A stretch of 64,000 nt of DNA from Octopus sinensis. Taxonomy: Eukaryota. Below, piece after piece: positions 1 to 12,670 of this stretch (positions within the stretch are counted from its first letter, which is position 1; every line of letters begins with the position of its first letter). The notes under the pieces are model-generated. The model was not told the origin of the DNA, did not search any database, and saw nothing but the letters and a program-made list of their open reading frames with translations. The position numbers and the translations under genes are program-made. Location: positions 81,034,001 to 81,098,000 of the forward strand of contig NC_043003.1 of assembly GCF_006345805.1 (NCBI RefSeq), read 5' to 3'.

Positions 1-28
1 GATAGATAGATAGATAGATAGATAGATA
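1..28. repeat. (GATA)n microsatellite abutting the 3' end of the Tx1 LINE
   Basis: Pure gata repeat from position 1; continues beyond the window edge. Confidence 0.95.
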
Positions 29-2900
29 TGTTTCTTTATTAGCCACACAGGGCTGCACACAGATAGAACAAATTACAAGGTAGAGCTTTTCTTTTGAAGG
101 TATTAAAAAAAAAAAAAAAAAAAAAGGAAGGGGGAGGTTCGATGAAAAAGGGATCGTAAAAGGAGAGAAAGAGGACAAAAATAGGGGGGTTAAAAAAAAA
201 AAAAAAAGGGGGGGGGGGAGAGGAAAAAAAATGATCAATAGGGATCGTTATCACAGAAATGTCAATATGAAGTGTAAAGGGGAGGACAGGTGAAGTTTAC
301 CGTGGAAAGAAAAGCCTGCGGAAAAGACCACGGTAACCTCGGTCAATGAAGTCACATTTTATATTCTTTTTTTTTTTTTTTTTTTTTTTGCAAATAAGCA
401 ACTCTCTGTTTTCGATTTCTGGGTTCATAGGACTATGCTCAAGGTGGCTTCGTCATTCATACGTGCCATTCTTGCTACATTCACCCATCTTTTTTAAAAC
501 ATTCGCTAGACAAAACTTGCCTCTCTACTCTCACTTTCCTTTTCAAGTGGTACTTGAAGAAGTTGATGAGAGATTGACCAGAGAGGAAAGTGTTTGTCTC
601 CAATCCTTTCAGACGCGTCCACCAGATACATTCTTTCGCCATAGCCACAAGGATGATGAAAATAGCTCTTCCTTCCCGTTTGAAGGAAGGAGGCGTGACA
701 ATATTGACGATAGACTCAGCTGATAAACCGACTCGTCCCACACGTGACAGCAGTTGTTCGACATAAGCCCACAGGTCGGAAATTGTTGGACACTGAACGA
801 GTGCGTGCAGAACGGTTTCGTCGCTCTGACCGCATCTCGGGCAGGTCGGCCCCGTGTTTCTCGAGCCGTGTCTGTAGAGCTTATCCCGAACGGGTAGCGC
901 TTCTCGGTAGCACTGCCAGGCCAGGGATCTCTGGAAGTTGTCCATGGGCCCTGGCCCGAAAGTCGTCCCGAACAGGCGGGTCAGGTACTCCTCGTCGACG
1001 TCCAGGTTCGCCCCGAGCTCGTCGTCGTACCTCCCCTCCACTAAACCCCTATAGAATGCTTTGGTTGTGTTGAAGTCACTTAAGGTCGACCCAGGACGGC
1101 AGAGTTGCTTGAGAGCAACGCGACACTCGCGGTGCCATTCGCCCTTCCTCGGCCTCTTTTTGATCCACGACTGCAGTTCGGTCATGGAGACGAGCTGCGG
1201 GAAAGCGTGCCTCACAAACGGCGACCACACCTGTTCACCGTCGTCTACATAGAGCCAGAGATGTCGCAGTCTCAGCGCGTGTCTGCGCATCATCAACCAC
1301 GGCATGCCCAGCCCTCCTTTTAACGGGTGTTGACAGCAAATGGATCGCCTGACCATCGGACGCATCCTTTCCACAAGAAGCGAAAGAGGATGCGTTGTAG
1401 TTTGGTGATGGTAGGGTCGGGACAAGGTACGACGGTCAGGCGGTAGTAGATGACGGACGCGATGTACGTGTTCGCCACCTCCGCTCGACCTTTTAGGGAC
1501 AGTTTCCTCTCGGCCCATTGCCGGGCGAGAGTGACCACCCTACTCGTTATCTCGTTCCAGTTCTTCTCCACTTGGAGGTCCGGACCAAACCAGACCCCGA
1601 GCAACTCAACCGGGCCGTCGGTCCAGCGTCCCACGACGGAGGCGCTGGTGGACGGCATGGGCTTGCTTCTCCAGGTGCCTAGTCGCAAGCCCACTGACTT
1701 TTCCCGGTTGATTTTCGCTCCTGTCACGCTTCGTAGTTTTTCAGTGTCTCGCCGACCAGCTCGATGTGCTCGTGGCTAGACACTATGACGGTGACGTCGT
1801 CCGCGTATGCAGACACGCTCGTCCCGCATCCCAATTCTCGCGGGATGCCCCTTAGAGTCGCCAGCTTCCGCAGTAGTGGCTCAAGAGTCAATACGTATAG
1901 AAGCGCCGAGAGGGGGCATCCCTGACGGACCGAACGTGCAATGTCGAAAGGTCTCGATAGATGTCCATTTACGCGAATTACCGAACGGATGCCTCTGTAC
2001 AAGGCAGCTATCCAGCCGCGGAAGACGGGACCGAAACCAGCCGCTCTCAGGACTGCCTCCAAGTATCGATGGTCTACCCTATCAAAGGCTTTTGATTGAT
2101 CCAAGTTGATCAGGGCCCCACCCATGCCAGGTTCGTTAACTACCCTGTCTATGATGTAGCGCATCAGATGGAGGTTGTCATGGATGGTCCGGCCTGGCAC
2201 GGCGCATGTTTGCGCCTTGTCGACCAGTTTCTCGATGACAAGCGCCAACCTCTTGGCTAGCACCTTGGCCAAAATTTTCAAGTCTGCATTAAGCAGAGTG
2301 ATGGGCCTAAAGTTATCTATTACATTTCCCTTGTTTAGATCTTTCTTCAGCAGTGTTACGGCTCCTCGGCTCACAAAACCAGGAATGCTCCCGTTTTGCT
2401 GCCAGTTGCAGTACACCGCCGCCAAGAGATCTCCAAACAAGTCTGGCATACAATTGTAAAGCTCGTAGGGTAGACCATCCAAACCCGGTGATTTGTCCCT
2501 CGAGCATTCTGCCATCGCTTCCCGCACTTCCGCCGCCGTGATGGCACCTTCGCAGCACCCTGCCTTTCTTGTCGAGAGTCGTGGTAGGCTATGTAGGTAG
2601 GCACTGAAGTCCACCCTACGTTCTTGCCCTCCACTCGTTCCGAACAGTCGGGCAAAATGCTGCTGAAAGGCCTCGCACATTTTACTTGGCTCGAGCAATT
2701 CGCGCCCCTGTTCATCTACCAGTGACCGAATGGTGGCTTTGTTGCCCTGTTGCGCCTCTGCCACCCGGGCCTCTCTCGCGGCTCCAACACCTTCGTTCCT
2801 TAGAGCACGCATCCTAGCTCTGACAGCACATCCTTCGTGTTTGGCGTTGAAGTGTTGGTCGAGGGCCAACCTCGCCGCCAAAACGTCGGATGCGATGCCA
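29..2900 (-). mobile_element. 5'-truncated Tx1/L1-clade non-LTR retrotransposon
   Basis: GC-rich block with ORF2 RT and C-terminal zinc motif. The 3' UTR ends GTGGCTAATAAAGAAACA followed by (TATC)n on the minus strand. (GATA)n lies on both sides (1-28 and 2901-2925). Confidence 0.92.
425..2899 (-). CDS. Tx1-like ORF2 (RT + zf-RVT-type C-terminus), split by three single-base deletions
   Basis: Motifs SPGLDGLP, NFRPITLLNADLKILAK, DQSKAFDRV, RQGCPLS, YADD, GAKIN, GGLG and CPRC..ETVLH..VQC. Frames rejoin if one base is added at ~1727 (G run), ~1359 (C run) and ~490 (A run), giving the end FKKRWVNVARM...SIVL* at 425. Confidence 0.88.
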
Positions 2901-2929
2901 GATAGATAGATAGATAGATAAATAGATGG

Positions 2930-3720
2930 ATTGATGGATTTAGCCGGTCTACCGGGTCACCCTTCGTTTTATGACCACAAAGCGGTTAGTTTTACAGCGT
3001 TTCTGCAAACTCTAAACTCGTGGCTTCTCTATCAACTGACCCCTCTAGGAAATGGAGGAGGAAAAGACTTCGTAGCTCTCCAGACAACACTGGATTATCT
3101 CCCTTTGACCTTTATTCGTAATTGACCCTGTTAGTGTGTAGCTCCCAGAACGCCAGCAGGAATTTCCTGAAGAACGAGCTGAGTACGAAGACCTCCATCA
3201 TGCATGTTCCATGGATCGAGGGAGTCTTTTAATATTCTTTTCCGTTCGCCTATGCAGTTCACAACTCTTGATCCTATTTATTATGGGACCTGGATTTTCC
3301 AGGATAACGCGTGGAGTTCCGTCGTCTTTCACCCGCCATACATGGCTGGCTAAGCGTATCTCCTTTCCGAGATCCTAAAAGAGTGTCTGTTGTTGGAGAG
3401 GCGTTGTGTGAACGTGTTACCGGAACATCCAATGCTATCTCCGTGTGTGGATGTTGGCGTGCTGTTTCTTTTGATGTTGACGTTCCTGCTTCCGCTCTTT
3501 TGCTACTGGTGTTGGTGCTGTCGTCGTTAAAGCTGTTGTTAGCTTTGGTGCTGGTGTCCATGCCGTTAATATTGGAGTATGGGATATCTGTGGTGGCTCT
3601 TTTCTTGGTGTTATAGCCAACTTCAATGGTGTTTTTGGAGCGCCTGAATACGATGCCGATCCGTCATAGGTGAGCTGTTAGTTGCAGGAGGAAAGAGTGA
3701 GAGAAAGTTATGGCGAATGA
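2930..3720 (-). pseudogene. Possible degenerate Tx1-type ORF1 fragment
   Basis: Same orientation as the adjacent LINE. Broken frames (QLVLQEIPAGVLG..QLRIKVKGR) loosely parallel the ORF1 segment preceding the zinc knuckle at 33.6-33.8 kb. No knuckle is visible. Confidence 0.3.
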
Positions 3721-3834
3721 GTCAGCAGAAGTTCACCATTACCTTCTGCCGGAGCCGTCTGGAGCTTAAATGTTTCGGTCTTAAACACACTCATTACCCG
3801 GTCTGAGATTCGAACCCACGATCTTAGGCAGGAC

Positions 3835-4226
<392 letters not shown>

Positions 4227-4767
4227 CATATGTATCAATGAATAAAATACACACTTGTAGGCGCAGACACGCATTTGTAGAAATGCTTACATATCATAGA
4301 AAGACAAAATGGAATAAGCTGAAAAAGACGAGACACATGTGATAGGGCCTCATTGAGGTGTGTGACGAATGATATTTGACAAAGAAACTAAAAGATCAAA
4401 TGTACAGTGCTTGTTTGATTGGCAAAATATGACCCTCCTCAAATATACCAATATATATTTGTATATTTATAAGTATGCACCACACACAAACACACACACA
4501 CACGCACACACGTGCACACACACAAACACACAAGCAAGGTTGTACTCTTAGAATCTAATCTGTAAAGTATTGTGCTTTGTTGAGATGTTGCATTATATAA
4601 TGTGGTCAAATAAATAACTGAAAACTATAAAGATTATTGGAAAAACAAATGTGGTTTCATATATTCAAACGGCTGTAAATGTGCGTCGGTAAAACGCATA
4701 ATTTCTATGGATGCACATCTATGAGCATATATCGTTATACATACATACGTATATATATCTATATCTA

Positions 4768-4822
<55 letters not shown>

Positions 4823-5443
4823 ATGTATATATATATATATATATACATAGTCTTATACAAACGCAGGCACATATGTACATATACATAAATATTACATAGG
4901 TCTTTTGATGCTAAAACTACTGGGAAAAGAAAGGTTATTAAGTATAACCAATCTATATTCACTCAACAAACACTTCCCAGGTAGTCATGTGTTTCAAAAA
5001 AGTCTAACGAAAATTACTTTTTCAAATTTATTCCTGCTCGAATAATTTCCTAATTTTCCATCATTCTTAGGCAGGTGTATCTTTCTCCCGCACATGGTGC
5101 TGCTCTCTTAACTGGAAAGCATACTTTCTATACCATAATTTCTTTCACAAAATGCTGTTTACTATGCCAAGAATTCCACTATTGTTGACAAGGACAGATA
5201 GTAATCTATAGGCATAAACGAGTTCCATATCAATATGTATTCTCTATAGGATTGACCATGAAGATATATCAAAATCGCTTTTTCGAAATACATCTAGTAT
5301 TCAAAGGATTGCCTCAATTTATCCGAAAATCTCAATATATTTGGATAAATCCTCGACTTATTGAATAGAAAATTAGATTTGTTTTATTCATGTCTCGACC
5401 AAACGATGTTTGTTCTACAATCCTTCAGCATACCCACAGTGAA

Positions 5444-5690
5444 GGCACATGGACTAGTTGTTAGAGTGTTTGGACTCACATTCGCCAAATCGTGGTTCGA
5501 TTCTCGGACCGGGAGGCGTGCTTTGTACTTGAGCGAAACACATCCTTTCACGTTCCTCCAGTAATGTGTTTGGTCCGTAAAAGGCGACTACAAGAGATTG
5601 TGGTAGGAGTTGCACACCGATCTTGCAAAGCCTCAACAGCGACGACAATGGAATCAGACTCATGTGTTGAAGAGTTATCGTCTGATTAGT
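5444..5690 (+). mobile_element. Degenerate tRNA-derived SINE family C
   Basis: GGTTCGATTC B box and gaccggg..ttgagcgaaac similarity to the 39485 copy. Confidence 0.5.
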
Positions 5691-6664
5691 GCAAAGGTAG
5701 TATCCATCAACAAATGGTGGATACAGTTACGCCTGTTACAGCACATAGCACCATACTACTATTACCACCCATTATACATGATTTTATTAACTCTAGAGTT
5801 TATCATTCGTCTGACATGTAGCCTTCCAGCATGCACACATTTGCCTCTTTACCTACATTCCTCAACCCTTTTATACAACATCCGCCCTATAAACATATGA
5901 CCTTATAAGACTGACCCGTCCATACATGTTAAATTTGCATCTCTTACTCTCTTTTCACATTCCAGGTTTTTTACAAAATGCTTCATTCATATTCTGTTTG
6001 CATTTAACCCACTTCTTTATTTATATGCCAAATTTCCCTTTTTGTATAAACTACTAATCCCTTTTCATTTTTACTTAAGTGTATATCCCTCTCACACACA
6101 CACATCCACGCGCATTTACAGATCTACCCACACATGCAAAAACATACACATATATGTGTGTATTTATAAGCGTAGCTGTTTGTAACAACGCATTGCTCTA
6201 ACATAGGTAGATAAATACATGTATGTGTATGTGTGTAAATACGTATCGATGTACATACATATTTATGCTGTTTATAAATTAAAACCGATATATGTATATC
6301 GACGTGTATGGAATTGAATGAGCACATCCGTCTGTTCGATAAGCAATAAGATGTATTTTGCCGTTCTGCTTTTCAATGCCAGCGATGTAAATCCATTTAA
6401 TATATATAATTTCATATTTAGATATTTTAAATTTTAGATTTTATTTAATTGTATGAAGCAATATATCAACAAAGATCATTATTTACAAATTTACGCATAC
6501 TTGATTTTATTTATACATTGCTTTCTGTGTAAATACATATGTGTGTATGTGAGTGTGTATGAGGAGGATTGTGTATGTGTGTGTATATATATATATACAC
6601 ACATACATACAAGCATATATAAAAACACTTTTATGTTGTATTCACACACATAGGTATACCGTGC

Positions 6665-6699
<35 letters not shown>

Positions 6700-7084
6700 A
6701 TTATAAGCACATGCACACCTTCGCATTCCCACATTCAGACACGCACATACACGCGCACACACGCACATGTGTGTATTTATGTATGTGTACAGGTATGTAT
6801 GTATGTATTTATGTATGTGCATGTACGCATATTTGTGCAAGGTGCTCGGGCTAAATTTTACGATATTTCGTTATTTCTCCTTTATTTTGGAATGGCTTCA
6901 GCTAAAGGCAAACAGTCAACGGCATTGGAGAGCATAAAGATTTAAAGTGTTGTTGAGAAAAGGCTAGCTGGCATAGACGACTTGAAGCTATTTTATATTG
7001 GAATGGAGTTATTTGTATCATTATCATTCATGTCGTGCATCATAGTGCCGATATCATGGCTGCTTAATATTCTGTACATACTGC

Positions 7085-7894
7085 ATCAGCTGTAAAAAAG
7101 TGAGACGGACAGCTGCAACAGGGACTACGTAGTCGTATAACCAGGAACAAAGGACGCAGCAGGCATTCTGACTGTGTCCTTACGCCGTAATTCGTCCATC
7201 AGCTGCAGAACAAGTTCACGGATGATGCGAGCAAGGCAAACTGCGCTTTGGCAAGAGATAGATGTAGGAGTTGTCATCCTGAAACTGGACCAACATGAAT
7301 GAGGGCTGTTGTTGACATTCGTACGAGATGTGCAATCCATGTGATATCACGCGTATCATGAAACAAAGTTCCCCGAAACTGTAATGGTCTTTGGACATGA
7401 CTCCACTGAGAGGGACATCATACAACCCAGCACCTTCGAACTGGGCCTTAGCCTCAATTCGGGAGGTTATGTGCAGCTGTTGGAGACTGGAATCAAACCC
7501 TGGCTGGTGCGTGTTGCTACTGGAAGGCCATATATGTGGCAGAAGGATTCAGCTCCTTGCCATACCTCCGGAATGAGTCAGAAGTTGTCGTCAGGGAATT
7601 GATCTGACTTTACCAGCCCCTTTTTTCTGGCCTCCTAACACCGCTGATTGTGATCCTATGTAGCGCATAGTTGAGAAAGACACTAACCACTCTGCATGCA
7701 ACGCCGTGACCTAGCTGGTGACTAAGATACATTGAGGAACGCAGTTCATTTTGGGGCCGTATTCGAAGCTGAAGGCAACTACGTTGAATAAACTGTTACC
7801 TCCCAGCCAGATTCTTGTTTCAAAATACATCTGTTTTGAAAGCGATATTTTTTCTTTACCTTTTCAGCAATTGTCAAATTTATCCCCAACCCCC

Positions 7895-7897
<3 letters not shown>
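7085..7897 (+). mobile_element. Tc1/mariner (DD37D/maT-like) transposon relic
   Basis: Broken translation KFPETVMVFG...LETGIKPWLVRVATGRPYMWQKDSAPCHTSG...FWPPNTADCDPM, matching QDSAPCH and WPPNSPD(L/C)NP catalytic-region motifs. Right end reads ...ccccgg|tata. Confidence 0.8.
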
Positions 7898-7954
<57 letters not shown>

Positions 7955-7960
7955 ATATAC

Positions 7961-8058
<98 letters not shown>

Positions 8059-8148
8059 GTGTGTGTGTGTGCGTGTATGTATATATATATATACATATAC
8101 ATATGTCAGCAGTAGTTTGCAATGTTTCGCGAAAAGGGAGAATTACAC

Positions 8149-8725
8149 ATGTCACTAAAAAATGAGTAGGGTGTTAGGAAACACGTACGTTCCTAGAAAT
8201 GAAAAATAAACCGCTTTAATGCTGTAGTTAACGCGCATGAATGAAAACGTATACATTATAGGGACCATAATCGTCCGAAAGTGGCGATCGAGAATTCTCG
8301 ATACTGACGTGTCAGTTTCGGCAATTTCCGTTTCCTTATCAGTAAAGGCCGCTGGAATTTTCGGCTCCTTCCGGACTAGCTTTGCCATAGTATTTATGTT
8401 TTCATCATACAAATAATTGGATGATTTAGCGATTAGTTCATGTGTATATGAATGAATGAAAACATATACACTAACAAAGACAATAATCATTCGAAAAGTG
8501 CCGATCGAGATTTCTTAATATTGACGCGTTGAACATTCGAGCGGTCTTACCTGATGAGGCAACGGAAATGACCAAAACTGACGCGTCAATTAATGGAATT
8601 CTCATTTTACAGACGATAGTGTATATGTTTTCATTCATGTGCGTTAACTATAGTATTTGAGCGGTTTAGCACATATTTGTAGCAATGTAGGTGTTTCCTA
8701 ACACCCTAGTCACATTTAGTGACAT
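8149..8725. mobile_element. MITE-like element with long imperfect terminal inverted repeats
   Basis: TAGGGTGTTAGGAAACAC (8167-8184) is the exact reverse complement of 8691-8708. Looser inverted similarity extends ~190 bp inward. No ORF. Confidence 0.75.
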
Positions 8726-8810
8726 TTGTGTGTGTGTGTATGCGTATATATATGTAAATGCAAATCTATCTATAGCTATCTATCTATCTATCTACCTATG
8801 TGTCTGTCTA

Positions 8811-8874
<64 letters not shown>

Positions 8875-8876
<2 letters not shown>

Positions 8877-9390
8877 TAATCTTTCTCAACTAAACATAGA
8901 CCAAACGGACTCAACCTTAATAACTCCGAGGAAAATTAAATATAGGAATGCAAATAATTGTAATTGTAAGGTCTCCGAATTATGTCCGCTCGTTAGATTT
9001 TGTTTACGAAAAAAAAACCTAATTTATAAATGTAACTTGGCTAATGACAAATATCAAATAATTGTATGCATAGGAAGCACTATAGATTTTAAGAGACGAT
9101 AGCGAACCCATTTAAATTCTTTCAGCAAGCTAAAATACAAAACCTCAATGACATTAGCTAGATACATACATGATTTAAAATTACAGAACACCAATTACAT
9201 ATGCGATTATGGGCAGATGTAGTGTGCATAAAAGAATCATACCCTATCCTTCACCTGTATAAATCTACCGAATTAAATAAATTTTCCGACGCTATTCATT
9301 CGTGAAACCTCAAATGCTACTCAAATTTCATGATACGCTTTAACCCCAATGTACACAGCAATAACCTTTGTAATTCACGTCGCACAACTT
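8875..9390 (+). pseudogene. Penelope-like GIY-YIG endonuclease relic
   Basis: CNCKVSELCPL..CL..NLIYKC...CIGSTIDFKRR*RTHLNSF...TLARYIHDLK matches the PLE CNC..CPL..CL / IY..YIG..FKxR..H pattern. Confidence 0.75.
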
Positions 9391-9581
9391 AAAAAGCTAT
9401 TGGCTATAACAGCGTATTGCCAATATAAATATGAGTTTTAATAAAGACAGTAATGTAATTTTTACTCCCATAATTTTTACAGCCCTCATAAAGACTTCCA
9501 TTATTTGCATAGTTATATCTGTTCTATAAAAACTCACACCATAACATAATATAATATATATGATATTTTTATTTGTGTGTA

Positions 9582-9624
<43 letters not shown>

Positions 9625-9689
9625 ATATTTCGGAATGGTCATTTACAACAAATATTTAAACGTATATATATGCATATATCGATGGCCCG

Positions 9690-9748
9690 AAAACTGAAGA
9701 GATGGCGGCGTGGATTTCCGCCCCAGCATCCGAAATTTGGAGTTTTAT
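9690..9748 (+). ncRNA. Type I hammerhead-like motif (same family as 36765)
   Basis: CTGAAGA-GATG...CATC-C-GAAA-TTTGGAG-TT; lies downstream of the PLE relic. Confidence 0.55.
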
Positions 9749-10358
9749 CATGGCTACCGAATAATTTTCACATATTATATTTACAGATAAATTCCTCTAT
9801 TTACATTATATCAAGGTACCTTTCATTCTTTTGTTGTCTTACCATTTTCATCAATATGTGTGTGTGTGTGTGTGTCTGGTATCTTTTGTACCTTTTTGTA
9901 TACCCCCTTATATACTCCACGGGTTTTAGATAAGTTTACCTGATACAGAAATATATATCAATATTTGATTTTCATTCACTGGAAAATGTGTATCCCTATT
10001 TCGATAGAATCATGATTTAATTATAGGCTCATTGTGGAATATTTTTAGCATGACCACCATATTTTTAGCTAGAAAGACGCAGTATGGGGTTTCTCTATTA
10101 CATAAAGGTACCCCACTTTTATTGCTTAGGTTGTTTTACCTATCCTCCGTCTCTTACTTTTTTCTTAAAACCTTTTCTAAATGTTCTTATTTTAATATAT
10201 ATATTTTACTTAGTTCGGATGCATATTTCCCCCGTACTTTTAATTCTCACACTTCGATCTTTTTGTGACCTCTTTTGCTTTCCATTTTAGGCCCCTTTTA
10301 TTTGATAATCACAATATGTAAATCACCCCAGTCCTTCCTCTTTCTAGTATTCACCTAT

Positions 10359-10742
10359 TCTTCTTCTTCTTCTTCTTCTTCTTCTTCTTCTTCTTCTTCT
10401 TCTTCTCTTCTTCTTCTTCTTCTTCTTCTTCTTCTTTTTCTACATCTTCTTCTTCTTCTTCTTCTTCTTCTTCTTCTTCTTCTTCTTCTTCTTCTACATC
10501 TTCTTCTGCTTCTTCTACATCTTCTTTTTCTTCTTCTTCTTCTACATCTTCTTCTCCTTTTCTTCTACATCTTCTGCTTCTTCTACATCTTCTTCTCTTC
10601 TTCTTCTTCTTCTTCTTCTTCTTCTTCTTCTTCTTCTTCTTCTTCTTCTACATCTTCTTCTTCTTCTTCTTCTTCTTCTACATCTTCTTCTTCTACATCT
10701 TCTCCTTTTCTTCTACATCTTCTTCTTCTTCTTCTTCTTCTC
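10359..10742. repeat. Compound (TTC)n / TTCTACATC polypyrimidine tract
   Basis: Direct inspection. Confidence 0.95.
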
Positions 10743-11327
10743 TCACTATATATATCATTACCTCACTAGCATCATCTGAGGCATATTCTTTTATGTAGAT
10801 ATGGCTGGTTTTATGGTGCCAGTAAAATAGAGGTAGGGGAGAGTATCTGACATTAATTAATTTATCACCACCAACAAGAACTTAACTGTCAATTCCAAAT
10901 GGATTTATTCTAAGGGGATGTAGACTACATGCTGCATTGAATCTTTTGAATGTGATAAGGATAAAGATGAATGTAGCAATATCACCATTCCTCATTTTTG
11001 ACCCCGATTATCTTCTTCTTCCACTCTAAATTATAGTAGGTTTTAAGAATTTTTACCTAAATTCATTCTGGCACAAAAATAGCAAAGAGAAGCAATCTAA
11101 TTATTTTAGTCTCTAGTACTGATGAAAAATTTGCTAAAAAATTATAATGGAATATACTGTATATTGGAAATCTATGTGGCCGTATGCGTCATAGGAAGGC
11201 GGCTTATTTCAAGTTGACGTAGTGGAACCGCACGAAACGGCGGCAATACCTGGACACCCATCTAAATTATTTGCTTTTTTATATATGTATATACATACAT
11301 ATATGTGTGTGTGTGTGCGTATGATAT

Positions 11328-11372
<45 letters not shown>

Positions 11373-11540
11373 TACATATGCGTAAATACACATATCTACA
11401 TACATATGTAAGCATATAGGTATGCATATATGGGTACATGATATAACAAGACGTAAACAACAAGACAAGTAACAGAAAAAAAACGATACTTCATCAGTTG
11501 TCGGCTGTCATTCTACTCCTTATTTCGAGCAATGAACGAC

Positions 11541-11569
<29 letters not shown>

Positions 11570-11577
<8 letters not shown>

Positions 11578-12303
11578 AAGCGAGAGAGAGAGGGAGTGAA
11601 ATGGAACCTAAAGGAAAAAGGCGACAACTAAACATCCGGACAGTTAGACGATACAAAAAAAGACAGGAAAAAACTAGGACGGGTCATTCGGAGCTTTCTT
11701 TCGTCAGTCAAGTACCAGATCGTCGTTGCAGTTTCGGCCGGTTACTCTCGAGACTGCTTCACTGTGGCCGGCCCCAAGAAAATCTTAGCTAAGTGCACTA
11801 GAATCTTTGGAAGAAAGCTAGCGAATGTATACTGAAACAAGGACGAAAAAGAAATAGTACACAATTACAAATACAAACAACAGGACATTATCAACAGGTA
11901 TCTTTCGACTAAGGACGAATTAAATTAAGCTGGATACGCGGAAGTGAAGCCTTGCGGCAGGAATATAAACATGAGAGTCAAGCGAAGGAATATAAGAGAT
12001 GCTACACGGATGGTAGTCGAGCCGAGTATGAAAGGCTAGGCTTGGCGGAACCCCGGTCACGTGGAAGGAGAGGAAAGCGGTAGGGTGCAGGGGGATTGAA
12101 GAATTAGGGAGGGACGAGAGATAGAGATAGAGAGAGAGAGAGAGAAGGAAAGAAAGCAGACAGAGTGAGATAAAGGAGGAGGGAAAGTGATGAGAATGAA
12201 AGGAAAACCAAGAAATGTGAGAGAGGGAGAGCGAGAAAAAGACAAGTGTAAAGTACGAAGAAAGTGTGAAGGAGGCTAAAAAAGAGTAAAAGAGTCGTAC
12301 AGA

Positions 12304-12305
<2 letters not shown>
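11570..12305 (-). mobile_element. Non-coding monomer (family B) homologous to the 836-bp tandem unit
   Basis: Reverse complement of 11600-11790 aligns with the unit junction (ttttcttgg..gcc..gaaa..gatc.ggt.cttgactga.ga..cgaatg.cc). Shares a CACGTGAC motif and pyrimidine tract. (AT)n on both sides. Confidence 0.7.
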
Positions 12306-12345
<40 letters not shown>

Positions 12346-12473
12346 CGGGAAGCTTTATGAAAATAGACAAAAGACGAAGGCAGGTTTACGGAAATAAACA
12401 AAAGACGAAGGCAGGTGGAACACAAACAAGCAATTGTATTAGTATGGCGCTCAGGAAATATAAATAAAACAAG

Positions 12474-12511
12474 TCTTTAACGTTTCGAGCCTACGCTCTT
12501 CAACAGAAAGA
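12474..12511 (-). ncRNA. Minimal PLE-type hammerhead-like motif (degenerate core)
   Basis: UCUUU-CUGUUGA-A-GAGC(GUAG)GCUC-GAA-ACGU-U-AAAGA: stem I 5 bp, stem II 4 bp, palindromic ACGU stem III, A6-to-U core change. Confidence 0.5.
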
Positions 12512-12616
12512 TACACAGAGAAGAAACACAGAAAGAAGGAGAGAAAAAAATGCGTGCAGAGGCTAGCGAATCAACATGGCGATCTGATTTCGGCCAGAAG
12601 TCAAAGATCAAACGTG

Positions 12617-12666
<50 letters not shown>

Positions 12667-12670
12667 ATAT

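Noticed and set aside
4900-5440. Old L1-like relic on the minus strand
   Set aside because: Too degenerate to support with motifs.
8545-8580. CTGATGAG...GAAA as a hammerhead
   Set aside because: No stems II/III; it is the mirror of TIR sequence at 8320-8345 in the MITE.
11480-11535. Minus-strand GCTCGAAA...CTGATGA as a type II hammerhead
   Set aside because: Stems I and II do not pair, and related copies lack the core.
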